Shown one piece after another: positions 39,197-51,897 of a DNA stretch of 64,000 nt. Made by a program: the position numbers and the translations under genes. This DNA is from Trichosphaerium sp. ATCC 40318 (taxonomy: Eukaryota; Protista; Tubulinea). Every line of letters begins with the position of its first letter. The stretch's first letter is position 1. The notes below the pieces were generated by a model. It saw only the letters and a list, made by a program, of their open reading frames with translations, was not told the DNA's origin and searched no databases. The stretch lies in the NCBI GenBank assembly GCA_038496445.1, contig JALMLS010000356.1:85973-149972 (forward strand), written 5' to 3'.

Positions 39197-41272
39197 ATGT
39201 TCCGCAAGTACAACATTCCTAACAAGTCACAACCTCACCCATCGTTCTATCCATGCGATATCACGCTTGCTGTGTACGTTTAAAACCTCCTAAACACAAA
39301 AACCACAAAACAAATCGTGATTTCCGTTAAATCTGTCCTTTACCTTTAAATACGCTCCAACGCAATCAAAACCAACTAATAACGCCATTAGACCAGTAAA
39401 CGATCATTTTAGCTATAAATTCGAGTTAATGCGTAAGGGAGAGTCAAAAGGAAGGCAAACTATTCCAGGACAAGATCTTAAACGTATAGCGACATTACAA
39501 GTGCCTCATAGAATAATACTTAATGTCGATAAGAATATTTCCATTTCTGCTCGTGCACTTCTGGGGTCAACAGTAAAACGTGAAAAAAGTATTGATAAAC
39601 GTGAAGATGAAGTAAAACCAAAAACAGTAAGTTTCATTTATTGAATCTTTGAAAAACGTGAAGAGAGAGGTCACAAGAAGCCTCCATTTTAAATCGAAAA
39701 CATTTTCAAAAATCACGTTTTTTATCTTCGGATTGCTCTTGAGGTGAAGTACACCAGACAATGATTTTTTTGATTGATTTTTAATGATTAATGATATCTA
39801 TAGGTTAGCCTTAATTCATTGAGAGGTACATTGGGTGTTACATCATCTGTAGACCACGCAGGACATGCACATCCTCTTTCTAGAGAAACGTCAAATAGTA
39901 AATGGCAATGTAACGGAAAGAAGTTCTATGGACGTTGCTTGAGTGGTAAAGAACAAGCTAAAGGCACTCTAAAGTACGTTAAAGGTTACTTATGTAGTGG
40001 CATGAACGATTTTCAAAAGTATTTAAAGTAATCACGTGAGGTTATTGACTAATCAACTGTTTAGGTTTAAATGTAAAAAATGTAATTTTGATCTTTGCGA
40101 GAAATGCACTTGGCATGCTTCTAAGCCTCTTAAAGTACGTGTTGGTAGTGAAACATGTGTATGGGATCCAGCAGAAGAAATATTATATGATGCGAAAGGA
40201 AGTTATGTTGCATACGTTGATGATGGTAATGCTTTAACGAAAGAACAAATCGAAAGCAAAAAACGTAATCAACAAAGACCAGCTGATCAGAAAAAGAAGT
40301 CACGTCCTTCTACTCCTTCTTCTCTTTCTAGATTTAATGGTATACAAGTTGAAGGACGTATGAATTCAGTAGGAAATTGCAGGCCAGTTGGTATGTGGCA
40401 TTGTATGGATTGTGGAAAAACAGAGTTTCCTGGATGTAATACTCATGGTTTGATGACTTGGCTTGCTAAAGATGTTACTTTTGGTAATTCTGTACCTAAT
40501 CAGTTTAAGTATTACTTGAGGTGCAGTGCTTCAGGATGTAACTCTAATACTGGAAAACGAAGTGCGTTAATTTTCTTTTTTCAAAGATCGTTTTTGTGCC
40601 AAGTGTATTCAAACTTTACGATCTATTATGCGTATCACTCAAGTTAAACATGCAGTCAAAATGTCGCCCAACTTTTGTTTTTTCTTGCGAAATCGACACA
40701 ATGTTTGACTTGAATGATTGATTCAAAGAAATGAAGAGAAAACGTTTTGCTAATGTCTTTTTTTTTTCAGGTTTTTGGGATCATAAGTGTAGATATTGTA
40801 AGTCAGGTAAAATAGTTGCTACTGTCGGTAGACTATCACCTTCTGAACGTGACTATTTGAAGAACAAGAAAAAAGACAGAGATTTATGTTTATTACATTG
40901 TAAAAAGTGTCAAAATGTTGAGTTTCCTGGATGTACTAATCATGGCTTATTATTCATTAAAACTGCGTACGTATTAATTCTCTTTGTTTTTAGAAAAGTT
41001 CATTATGTGCTTTAAAACAAAAACACATAAGTCTTTGTGCATTTTGTTGGAGACTGTCTTCTTCAGAGGTTAAGTTTGATTTAAGTTTCTGATTTTTTAT
41101 TTTTAGTGGAGGTAATATTAAGTGTGGGTACTGTAGCACTTCAGTAGATACCACTGCACCTTGGAAAAGTGGTTGTAGACAATGTCAAGGCCCTCTAGCG
41201 AAGTTTTTAACTTATGTGCAGGATGATGAGGTTGACTACTTAGTACAAGCATACAGCAAACCTGTCGTGTAA
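39197..41272 (+). CDS. Cys/His-rich protein: C1/ZZ-like finger plus a duplicated CxxC...EFPGCxxHG module
   Basis: HAHPL...WQCNG...FKCKKCNFDLCEKC, then WHCMDCGKTEFPGCNTHGL and LHCKKCQNVEFPGCTNHGL. Confidence 0.7.
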
Positions 41273-41675
41273 ACAAATAAAAAGACAAACCGAAAAACCA
41301 AAGCTCTAAAGTGTTTTGTAGTGGTTTCTACAAGTTATCACATTCTCGCGACTGTTGCTGTGTTAAGCTAGCGTTGACGCTCGTAAACAATAAAAGTAAC
41401 GTTGGTTTTCTACCTTGCAAACAAGCCAAATTCGTTAAATTGGTTCAGTGAATCATTCTGTAGAAAAAATGTTTAGGCTAAAGCGTAATTTTGATTTTAG
41501 CCTAAATAATATGTCGACAATGTAAGAACGTAATTTAACCTATCTCCGTAATCTCGGAGATCACTATCTCACGGGAATAAACAAGTTAACAGCTCCTCTC
41601 TCGTACTCTTTGGATATAAACCTCCCACAACAACCAAATTAATATTCCTATATCAACACAACAACAACACCAAGT

Positions 41676-42387
41676 ATGAGAGGCATAAAATCAGTAATTG
41701 TTGGAGATGGCGCTGTTGGAAAAACGTGTATGCTTATATCTTATACCACTAATACGATACCTGGTGACTATATACCAACAGTACGTTAGCGGAGCTCACT
41801 ATTCTTGTAGTAAAGATTTATTTTGCTAATGTTTCTTCGCAGGTCTTTGATAATTACTCTGCAAATGTGATGGTTGATGGCCATCAATCAATCTCGGATT
41901 ATGGGATACTGCCGGCCAAGGAGACTATGACAGATTAAGACCTTTATCGTACCCTGCAACGGATGTATTCTTAATATGTTTCTCAGTTGTTGCTCCATCA
42001 TCTTTTGAAAACGTGAGAGAAAAGGCACGTGTGAAACTTCGGTTTTATCCTTTTCTCTTGTTTGTTGCTTACGTCTTCGTCTAGTGGTTTCCAGAAGTTT
42101 CTCATCATTGTACTAGCTCTCCAATCATATTAGTTGGTAATAAGATTGATCTCAGAGATAAAGAAACAACGATAAATAAGCTTGCTGCAAAGAAACAAGC
42201 TCCAATAACATTCGAACAAGGAACATCAATGGCACAAAGTATTGGTGCTTTGAAATACCTTGAGTGTTCGTCTTTCACACAGGTCGGACTTAAAAATGTT
42301 TTCGATGAAGCCATGCGTGCTGTTATATCTCCACCTACAAACAAGAAGAAAACAAAGAAACATGAACAGAAATGTAGACTCTTGTAG
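41676..42387 (+). CDS. rac: Rac/Rho GTPase copy A (apparent 1-bp frameshift near 41886)
   Basis: [42 protein letters not shown] and a CRLL CAAX box. The frame breaks at ggc cat ca atc aat. Confidence 0.85.
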
Positions 42388-42815
42388 AAAAACGTAACAT
42401 AAAAAAAAAACCTTGTATCAATAAAAACAATATAGTACTTCAAGTGCCAGCCTTCTTTTATGTTTCCAATACTTCCTCTCATGCGCTTTACAAACCCTCT
42501 GGCCTTTGGCAAAATGCTACTGTAAAAAGGTTCTAAGACATCTACAAAAAAATGCAAATCATCTGTCATCCTGTTTCCTACAATAATTTTTTGGCGTAGG
42601 AGCAATAAATATGGTGATTTCATGTAGCTGTTTCTTTAAATGTTGTTTCTTGTATAGCTAAGTAGTTATTACATGATATCCCTTAGTCAATATCAGTTAG
42701 TACGAGGTGAAAATTACTTACGACAATAGTTGATTGAAATTGATTTGAGTGAACTTAGATTGAAATCATACTTGATATTTTAAGTCGTAACTTAACTCAT
42801 TAAAACACAACCACA

Positions 42816-43078
42816 ATGACAACACAACACCTCTCAAATTTGAATCTAAATACTGTAGACAATATACTATGTAATGCAAAGGTATGTATTTAGTGCTTTA
42901 GATGAATTGAGCTAACATTACATAGTCAAGACATTGCACAACATTTGGCACTGACATAGATGGTGCTTATCCTCGCCCACCTTCAATACACGGAACCAAA
43001 CGCCCTCTGATTGTTCACGGATATGGTATTCAGTTTATAGATAATCAATCTAAAAAGAACAATAAAATTGCATTTTGA
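42816..43078 (+). CDS. Small two-exon ORF duplicated together with Rac
   Basis: MTTQHLSNLNLNTVDNILCNAK/SRHCTTFGTDIDGAYPRPP...; a near-identical inverted copy lies at 60269-60531. Confidence 0.45.
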
Positions 43079-43449
43079 GTGCAATGAAATGTAACCTTAG
43101 TGATAAGGGCGGCTAACGCTCTTAAGTGTAATTATAGAATAAACAATTCTGATAGTACTAAAAAACAAGAAATTTCTTCTACAAGGGTTGCTAGCAATAG
43201 CTATTTTAACCTTGGTCACTCGAAGGTTTTAAAAAAAGTGTACAATATTCAAACACCTCGAAATCAAGTTCAATCAGTCAATTCAGTTAACATTAAAATC
43301 CTTCCCTGTGTTGGATTTAATGTCACTTTTTGTGTTGCACTAGGGTACATAGGTTGGCATTTTAAGCCAGAGGTGGAATACAAAAAGTACTGAGTTTTCT
43401 TGGGTTACGATGAGTCACACGTCCAGTGAATGTTTATTTTGTCAATAAT

Positions 43450-46400
43450 TTATAGTACAATTCCTCTTGATACTTCAGCTCTCTCTGAAATATTACTTTG
43501 TGATGAAAGATCTTCATCATCATAATTCTTGTTATCTTCTTTTTGTTTTTGTTTTTTTTTCGCTTTTTTTAAAAGCTTATTTTTCTCAGAAGCAGGCATA
43601 TTAAGTAGTGGCCTGATCTTCTTATCAATATGTGGTAACGATAAATCAGGTCTGAACAGAAATAAGCGGTCAATAATGATGTGAATTAAAGCACGTGAAG
43701 TGAGTCACAAGTAAAATTTATGACGTTACATCTGTAAGACTATACTTCTCTGAAAAACTACAGTACATACCTTAACTTTTTAATAGTTGCTATTAAAGTA
43801 TCCATATCTCCAGGCTTCCACCAATAAGGAACAGCAACGATTGTTATACCTTAATTACAATTAGTTGTTTCCACTCAAAAAGGTTTTATGAACGAAAAAA
43901 AGACTGGACAAAAACCCTCATGTTGTATCATCTCAGATGTAGTCTTACCATGTTCATGACACAATATTAGCTTCTCTATATCTCTACCTTGTTGTAGATC
44001 TGTAGGACCCCAGTGATTCATATTATCTAAGTAATGTTGTTCACCTTGATATTCTAATCCAAGGTTCAAGCTAGGAATAAACACATCAAGTGTTATCTTT
44101 GCTCTAAATGACTCATTTTGAAGATCTAGTAAATACTCTTCTACAATATCTTCTTTAGGGAATAAGTCCTTCGAGCATTGGACCAGTAAACTAAAGCGAA
44201 AACAAAAGTAAAAAAACAATGAAAAAGAAGCAAAACGAAAATAATGTTCTGTTTCAGTGTTGTCATTACCGTTGTGTAGCTCGTTTTCCAGAACTACGAA
44301 ATTCTTCCCAGTCCCATGCAAATTCTGGATAAACACGTTCTAGAACTTTTGGGTAGTAAGCAATGAAGCCACCACCTTTCCAGCTTTCAATGTGACCTTT
44401 TGTTATAGAATACCAATCAGATAGTTCTTTTACCCTTAGCTTTTCTTCAATTACGCGAATAAACGTTTCTATATTATCCATTTTACGCCAATAATTTGTT
44501 GGCGCCTTACCTTAATAACAAAAGGTAAGTATGCAGTCAAAAGAGAGTAAAATCAAAAGAAGAAAAAAACAAGAAAGACTCAGCAGAAAGATACGCAACT
44601 GAAACGAAGTGGTTCCCAATCATAGTCGGGATATAACTTTTCTACCATTATTTGAATACTTCCTTTACTTTGTCTTTACATAGAATAAAAGTAAGAACAT
44701 GGCGAAGAACCTTTAGCAAAAGAAAAAAAAAAAGATGACAAAACGAACGAAAAAAAACATACACAAGTAATCCTCCACCACCCAGTTTCTGAATATCTTT
44801 TACAGAAACACTATACCAGTCTTGAACACTAGTAATTTTGAATTCTTTCTTCATCTTGAGTAAAGACAATGAGCAACAAGCAAAAGAAGCTTAGAAATAA
44901 AAAAACAAGTACTTCTTCTAAAAATACTGCTTGATTTTGCTTTGACAACCAAAACCCTTTTGGTACTTTACCTATAGCGTCAAAGGAGTAAGAAAGCGGG
45001 CTACTAAATAACTAAGCGAAAAATGTGTACCAAACTTCCAAGCTTTCCATAGATGATCAGGATACATAGTACTAAGCATATCTTGAACAGAGTTGCCAAA
45101 GTGTCTAAAGAAAAATAAGAAAAGCCGGCTGATTACAATATTAAATCACACGATAAAACAACGACATCAATCTATTTGATTAATAGTAGTTAAAAGACCA
45201 AGTAGCGCAAAGGCTGCTTGCTACAAAATCAAAAAAAAAGTTAAATAAATTGTCAAAGCAAAAAAACGTACTGGAGAATGCCTGCTCCTCCAACCTTTTT
45301 TATATCGTAATAACCATACTTATACCAATCATCTAGGTCTTTAATATCAAGCATACGTTCTGCCTATACGGTTGCATTAGTTACATATACATAAATAATG
45401 CACAAAGAACCACACGTGTTTGAAAAACTCTATCTTATGAGATTTCGACAACCAAAAGTTCTTTGACATTACACCTACAAACCTCGATTAAACAACCTTA
45501 AAACGCTTACTTCAAGCAAATAGTAGATTTAATACATACCAAACTTCCATGGTACCCATGGATATTCAGGGTACATGCAAGACAGTAAATACTTGAGCGA
45601 GAAACGATACTTTCTATATCATAGAAAACTATGAGAACACGTGAAGGTGTGATGAATGATGACGTACTTAATAAGTGCCGCTCCACCTAGTCTAGTTATT
45701 GTATGTAATGGAATATTATACCATCTATCTATGGAGTATATATTTAACGTTTTCTCTGCTTCTCTTACAAAGTCAAGAACGTTATCTTCATTTTCCCAAC
45801 AAAACACAGGTGCAATCACTAGTATTCCAATTAATTTATGTTGCAATACAGACTAAAAGTACTCATACCGAATTTCCACGGGAACCATTTTACATCACAG
45901 TATATATGAGATACCATACGGAATACAGAGGCACCATAATATTCACTACAAAGAGGGTTAGTGAATTATCTTATATTTTTCTTAAATAAGCGAAACATTA
46001 AACTTCAATTGCGCTCAAGTTCAATCTTTCATAGGTTTAAAAGATTGCCGTTGATATCAAAAGGGCGTTTAATTTAGCCTACCTGAAAACTTATAGTAGT
46101 CATTGGGTAGTGTACATACGGCTACGTTGACTATGTAAAAAAAAGTACCTTACAAAACTTGCAGTAGAAATGCTCAAGATATCCTTCGCTGGTATTGTAT
46201 ACCAATCATCCAGTTTACTTATACCAAGTTTTTTTTCAGCCTATTGTATAGCTTCAATATTAAACCCTCTTAGCTGTTGTATAATTACCTCAATAATGAA
46301 CTTTACCCTATTTTCTAATGAGAACCAAAATTTTGGTGGTACACGGTCTATTAAAAGGTCATAAACAAAGGAGACTAAATCTACTGTATAAAAGAAATAG

Positions 46401-47424
46401 AAATTAAAATAGAATGTAGTACGAAAGTCCCAAGGAAGCCATTTGTGAAACGAATAATTGTACTGAAGCATAAGTATAATTGACTTTGAATATTCACTGT
46501 AAGAAATCGTTAACTTGAAGCTTCAACGACTTACGCCCTTAAGGATGATAACCCTACAAGCTACATACCTAAGAAATTCTTCACCACCTTGAAAATCAAG
46601 TATATCATTTGTTGTAACACTGTACCAATCATCCAAAGTTTTTAGAGGCAACTCTTCTGCAACCTAGTTTTTTTCAACAAAAAATTTTTGTCACGTGAAA
46701 CGCACGTGTTCTAGGAAGTCTCTTTGTGCTTTCTTATCACACCATGTAGTAGGACAAGGTACTCCTTAAATAATAATAAGCTCTAGATTGCATGTATTTC
46801 CAGAAAAAAAACCAATAGTTCAACATGAGAACAAACTTTGGAATTCTGGTTCTGGTCAGCGTACTGAATTTCCATGGAAGCCATTTTTTTGTTGTTAGTG
46901 TAGAATTTAATATATTACATACTGAGTAATCGTATTGGCTAATAACATTAAGTACAAATTCAGTTAAGCGGTAATAAAAATTATTCAAAAAAATCATGTC
47001 ATTTGAAACATACCTAACGAGTTCTCTGCCTCCTAAATACCCAAAATCACGAATACGTACTCCATACCAATCTTCAGGCTTTTTAATATCGAATTTAATA
47101 GCAGCCTAGACTCGTTTAAGCGAAAAGGAAGAAAATTCAAGCGTGTCAAATGATTTTAACAGCTTTACTGTCAAACTATGTTTAAACAGTTACTAGACGC
47201 GCATTCACTGGTTTTTAAACATATTCTAAGGCTTTATAGCAAGTTTTAACGGAAATGCCAACTTTTAAACTAAAATGACGTATTACCTCGTCCAAAAATC
47301 GTTTTCTGTTCTCTAGTTTATCCCAGTAGTTCGGTTGAGCTTGTAATATTGTTTCATACTTTATTTTAAGTTTAAGCCCTTGACGGGGGACTCCTTTGGA
47401 TACTAGCGCATGAGTCACGCTCAT
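43450..47424 (-). CDS. Seven ~70-aa Trp-rich repeats plus a C-terminal PD-(D/E)XK (Vsr/DUF559/EDxHD-like) nuclease domain
   Basis: Repeats follow P.xFW...N...F...DWYxV....I...GG..L...YP...W.PWKF. The C-terminal domain reads LDVFIPSLNLGLEYQGEQHY...RDIEKLILC..GITIVAVPYWW. Confidence 0.85.
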
Positions 47425-47514
47425 AGGTGCGCCCACACTACGCTCATAACATACTGCACTATTGCGACTTAGTCTCGCTTCTTCTCGGCTTAATGTGAGC
47501 GATAACAAGCACAG

Positions 47515-48853
47515 ATGCCAGCGCAAGGCGCCCCTGACGTTCTTGTCATTCCAACCGCTCGTAAAGACGCTTTTAAAACTGGTCGTTGGACAGTATTTGT
47601 CGTTTTAATCGCCGTGGTTATCGTTATTATTTTACAGCTAAATAAACCAAAGAATACATGTGGTAATGGCGTTTTGGATGATTCTGAAGAATGTGATAAC
47701 GGAACTGGTTGTACACTTTGTAAATGTGATGATGGTTACATGCCTGCCTCTACACTTGGATGTAAACCCAGTACGAGCTTTAAAATAAGGATTTATTTCG
47801 TTTGAGGCAAAGAAAGTTTTCAAGTCTTATTTTGTACCTTCGGTCTCAGTTCCTGCCTTTAGAGTGCGGTAATGGCGTCCTAGATGATAGAGAAGAATGC
47901 GATGGTACTCTTTACTGTACACCTTCGTGTCAGTGTAAACAAGGAACAATCAGTAATGGCAGTGGAAGCTGTGGTACTTTTTTTTGGAGTTTTTCATTTT
48001 ACCACGTGTTTTCCAAAAAAATGCGTCACTACTTTTTTTCTTGACGATGGCGAGTGATTTTTTATTGCGTTTTAGGTAAACACTTTAATGTCATTATGGA
48101 TTTATATGAGGGACCTTTTCCAGAACTGTTTCTTGTAAAGGAAGAACACATTAGAGATTTTTTACAACGAAATGGTGTCTTTGTAACAATAGTCAAACGT
48201 GATGACATTAAGAACTCACAACAGTGTACAGCACCTCTACTATATGTAGTAAGTATATCAACACCCAGAGTAGAAACATACCTTGATGAGAAACTGTGTA
48301 AGGGTACGTGATAAAACACAAACTCTGACAAACTATTTGCTAATTTTCTGGGTTTAGAAACAGCTTGTCAAGGACAAGTCACGATTATGCCTTTAGTACC
48401 TGAAGTCCATGAACATGTAACATTCCCTCAATATTCTGAAAAATGTAATGCAAAACTTATTCCAGTTATAACAAATGGTACAACAATCAAAGCCGATCAA
48501 ACATTACAAATACTCAGTTTATAAATGGTAAAAAAATATCTCAAAAGAAAATTGTAGTAAAAAATAAATGTTAAGCGCCAACAAATAGACATAGCATGAT
48601 GGACCTTACTTGAATTGATAAACAATCTGCTGAAAGTGAACCTCCAGTGCATAAAAAACCAACCAAGCCGAAAAATAGAATTTGTTTTGGAAGTGACATG
48701 TGTGTTTTTTACCAATTTAAAACGTTTTCGAAGTCACATATCTCCTCGATCTTTGCTCATAAAGTTCCAGGTGTAGAAGGTAGCGACCTTTATAGGATGT
48801 GTATCAAATCACTTAAGTGGAAGACCTATCACAACAGCATACACCGCTTGTAA
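47515..48853 (+). CDS. Type II membrane protein with CGNG..D..EECD cysteine-rich repeats
   Basis: TM segment WTVFVVLIAVVIVIIL, then two CGNGVLDD.EECD repeats (Myxococcus Cys-rich/DUF4215-like). Confidence 0.75.
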
Positions 48854-49059
48854 CTTTGTAAAACGGATCACATTGCTAATAAACGTATTCCTAGCATCTT
48901 GTTCAAGTTTATTCCGAACAACGTTTCTGAAATCTATTCTCTTCTGTGCTTACTGTTAGCGTAAGATACTGTATGTGGTTGTAATGGCACGTTAAAGTGA
49001 TGAATAATATTGGACATATTGTGATTCAAAGTATTTGTTATATCAGAGAATTTTTGTTT

Positions 49060-50085
49060 TTAGTATACAAGATCATGTGGGTGCGTTGATTCTTCTTCGT
49101 CTGGTGACCTTTGTGGTATAACATAAGCACTCAATTTTGCGCTTTCTAGAGATACATGCCAATACGATTCATTCACTTGAACAAGCTTCAACTCACCTGG
49201 AAAAGATTTAGTTTTTTGAAGTGACACATAAAAAAATTATGTCGTACCTGGAACACAACCACAAGAGCTTGAGTTCACTACATTGAACTCATAAACAAAA
49301 GAATGTTGTGCGCCCATTTCTTTACATCTAAACAAAAGTAGGTAAGCACGCGGAAAAGTACAAGAAACGGCTAGCATACCTGTGGAACAAAACACCATAA
49401 CATTCGTAAGGATTTGAGAAAACCATGTAACCAGCGTTTTTAGTACCAAAGAGTCTCATACGTATTGAGAATGACGGAAGGCAAGGTTCAGGGAGAGTGC
49501 TAATACCTTGGCCAAGCCAGGAATACTCAGATGGTACTTCACCCGTCTTTAAGCTACAAAGAACATTATACCATGGTGTTCAAACAAACAAAAAAATCCA
49601 TAAAAGAAAATAACTCTTACCAAGAAGTGCCATTATTTGGGAGATACCCAGAACACATAGCACGCGGTACGATATGTATCTAAATAAAATAAGCGCGAAC
49701 ACGAATCAAAATAACATGAGAAAGCCGTAAATAACCAAAAAGAAAGCATCACGTGGTTTTTACATTGCCATGACAAAAAAAAATAGATGGTTACGTACTC
49801 CCTTAGCTTTGCACATTATGATAATAGTAAGACATAGAACAGCAGCACTAAGGTAGAAAAGACCTATAAAACAGAATAGTCACGTGAGAAATCACGTTTT
49901 TACAACAAAACGCCAAGCTTGATTTGTTTAGGCGTACCAAGAAGCCAGTAAGCGAAAACTTTAATCTTCAGGTCATCACAGAAAATACGCCGTTTATTGT
50001 AACTCTGTGGGTCTGTGTCAGTGTCTCCGTTAATAGGAGACATCGTATTAGCGGCAGAAAGCATCGGTCGGTCTTCTTCTGACAT
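49060..50085 (-). CDS. Hypothetical single-pass membrane protein
   Basis: MSEEDRPMLS...VFAYWLLGLFYLSAAVLCLTIIM, with a spliced chain to ...HPHDLVY*. Confidence 0.6.
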
Positions 50086-50250
50086 TGCGTAGGTGAAAAA
50101 ATGTTGGTTACACTTGACATATTTCGTTCAGCGAAAATTCAAAGATTGTTAAAGCAGGACCGATGACATTTGATCTTGGTACAGTACTTTTATGTTTTAC
50201 ATAAGTTTCTAGTATACATGTTTACAACATTTTGGAGAAGCCACAGGCAC

Positions 50251-51222
50251 TCAAAGCGTAATTTGAAGCCATAGTCTTAACAATACAAAAAAGTTGTTGT
50301 GTTTGATTTTTATCGCCTTATGTATGGCTCTTGCTATTGTCATTCTTCTCTTTTATCTGTGTTGTTGTGTGTCGTACCACCAGCATGATTTCTTTTGAAA
50401 AGTCCTTTTCTGAGGCAAGCTTTGGTGGCAACTTCCGAAGTTATTCGTAAATCCAAAAAGAAAATCCATTTCACAAAATGTCAGATTCTGGTACACCAAC
50501 GGTAATGTATAAAAGTATAACCGCCAAAAAATCATTGAATAATGTAAGCGTAAATGATACAGGTTGGACTTGAAATAATAAAAGTTAGTGACATGTATGA
50601 GGCAAGCAATAAAAAAAAATTTCCAAAAAATCAAGAAAATAAAAAGGAAAAACAGACGGAGGGTTTTATCTTCAAATTGATTCCATTTTCTCTTTGGTTA
50701 CGCCACATTGCTTATAACCATAAGGCATAAAGCGGTTTTTCTTATGGTTTACCGGTTTTACTTGAAATTTCTTTTTCGCCGACGTGGTTTGTACATTACG
50801 TATTGTACTGTTTAAATACTTCGCGTTGCGTACCTTTTCCAACGAATACAAGTGGTATTGCTAAAACAGAAAAAGAAAGCCCTTGTGATATTATAATAAA
50901 GAGATTTAAGCTCATAATAGTAGAGAATATAACACGAGAAGCGTTTGCGCGGACATGAGCTTGATTTGCGTATCTACGTTTTAAACGAGCGGATAACGCC
51001 GTAAGCATCTAATATAATACAGTTTAGAGTATTGTAGAATACAATAAAAGAACATACGAGTTGAATTAAGCGTAATAAGAATGCGCATACGTTAAACGTT
51101 GCGTAGTATTCATATACAATTTGTACACCAAATACATACAATCCCGTGCGGTAAAATGCTGCTTTACCACTGCGATGAACTTGTACCTCCTCGCCTAACT
51201 CTATATCATGTACACGCTCCAT
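50251..51222 (-). CDS. Hypothetical membrane protein
   Basis: MERVHDIELG... with hydrophobic exons (50796-51008); the 3' end is uncertain. Confidence 0.5.
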
Positions 51223-51897
51223 TGGCAAGAGTGTCAACGTCACAAGAAAAACTACTTAAGTCGACATAAGGTGAAAATCCGCTTTCTGCTCTAAGCAACA
51301 ATCCCACTTCTCATGGCGAGAAATCTCATAAAATTCTCTTGGGTTCACTTGCTTTGTTTCTTCAGGTGACTGAGCAAAAAGACATGTAAGGTTTTAGTCA
51401 CGTGTTGGGAGTTGCACCAGTAGCCTAAGTCATTGTGCTTGTAAACTCATAAACTTGCTAAGTTGAATAAACCTTCACGTGTCTTGACTTATAGCGGCAC
51501 GTATAAAGGCTAGCGGATACTTGCTGAAAGCAACTCTAACATGTGTAGTCACTAATTAAATAGTATTATAATACTTTTCCTAACCCTTGGTCTCATAAAT
51601 AAGTACAAAAAATGTAAGTCGTTTCATTAAAGTCAGCAACTGCAACTTCCACAATACCCTATATACCTGCTTACGTGCGCAGTACGACCAAAATAGTAGC
51701 AAGTGAGACTAACAACTGAAGAATTCAAACGTACTTATTGCACGTGCCGTTCCTTACAAGATTTTACACTTTTTGAAGTTACCTTGGTGCGCTTCTTTTG
51801 GCGATAATAGCGTCCGGAATAAAGCTTGACTATGTTAAGCGTGTTAACCATTCGTTGAAACTAGAAGATGCTTGCACAAAGTTAAAATACATCGCAA

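Noticed and set aside
42105-42623. 172-aa minus ORF and its counterpart at 60877-61203
   Set aside because: Antisense shadows of the Rac last exons.
49060-50085. Resemblance of AYWLLGL to CLN3/battenin
   Set aside because: Only one hydrophobic segment is present, and the rest of the multi-pass protein is absent.
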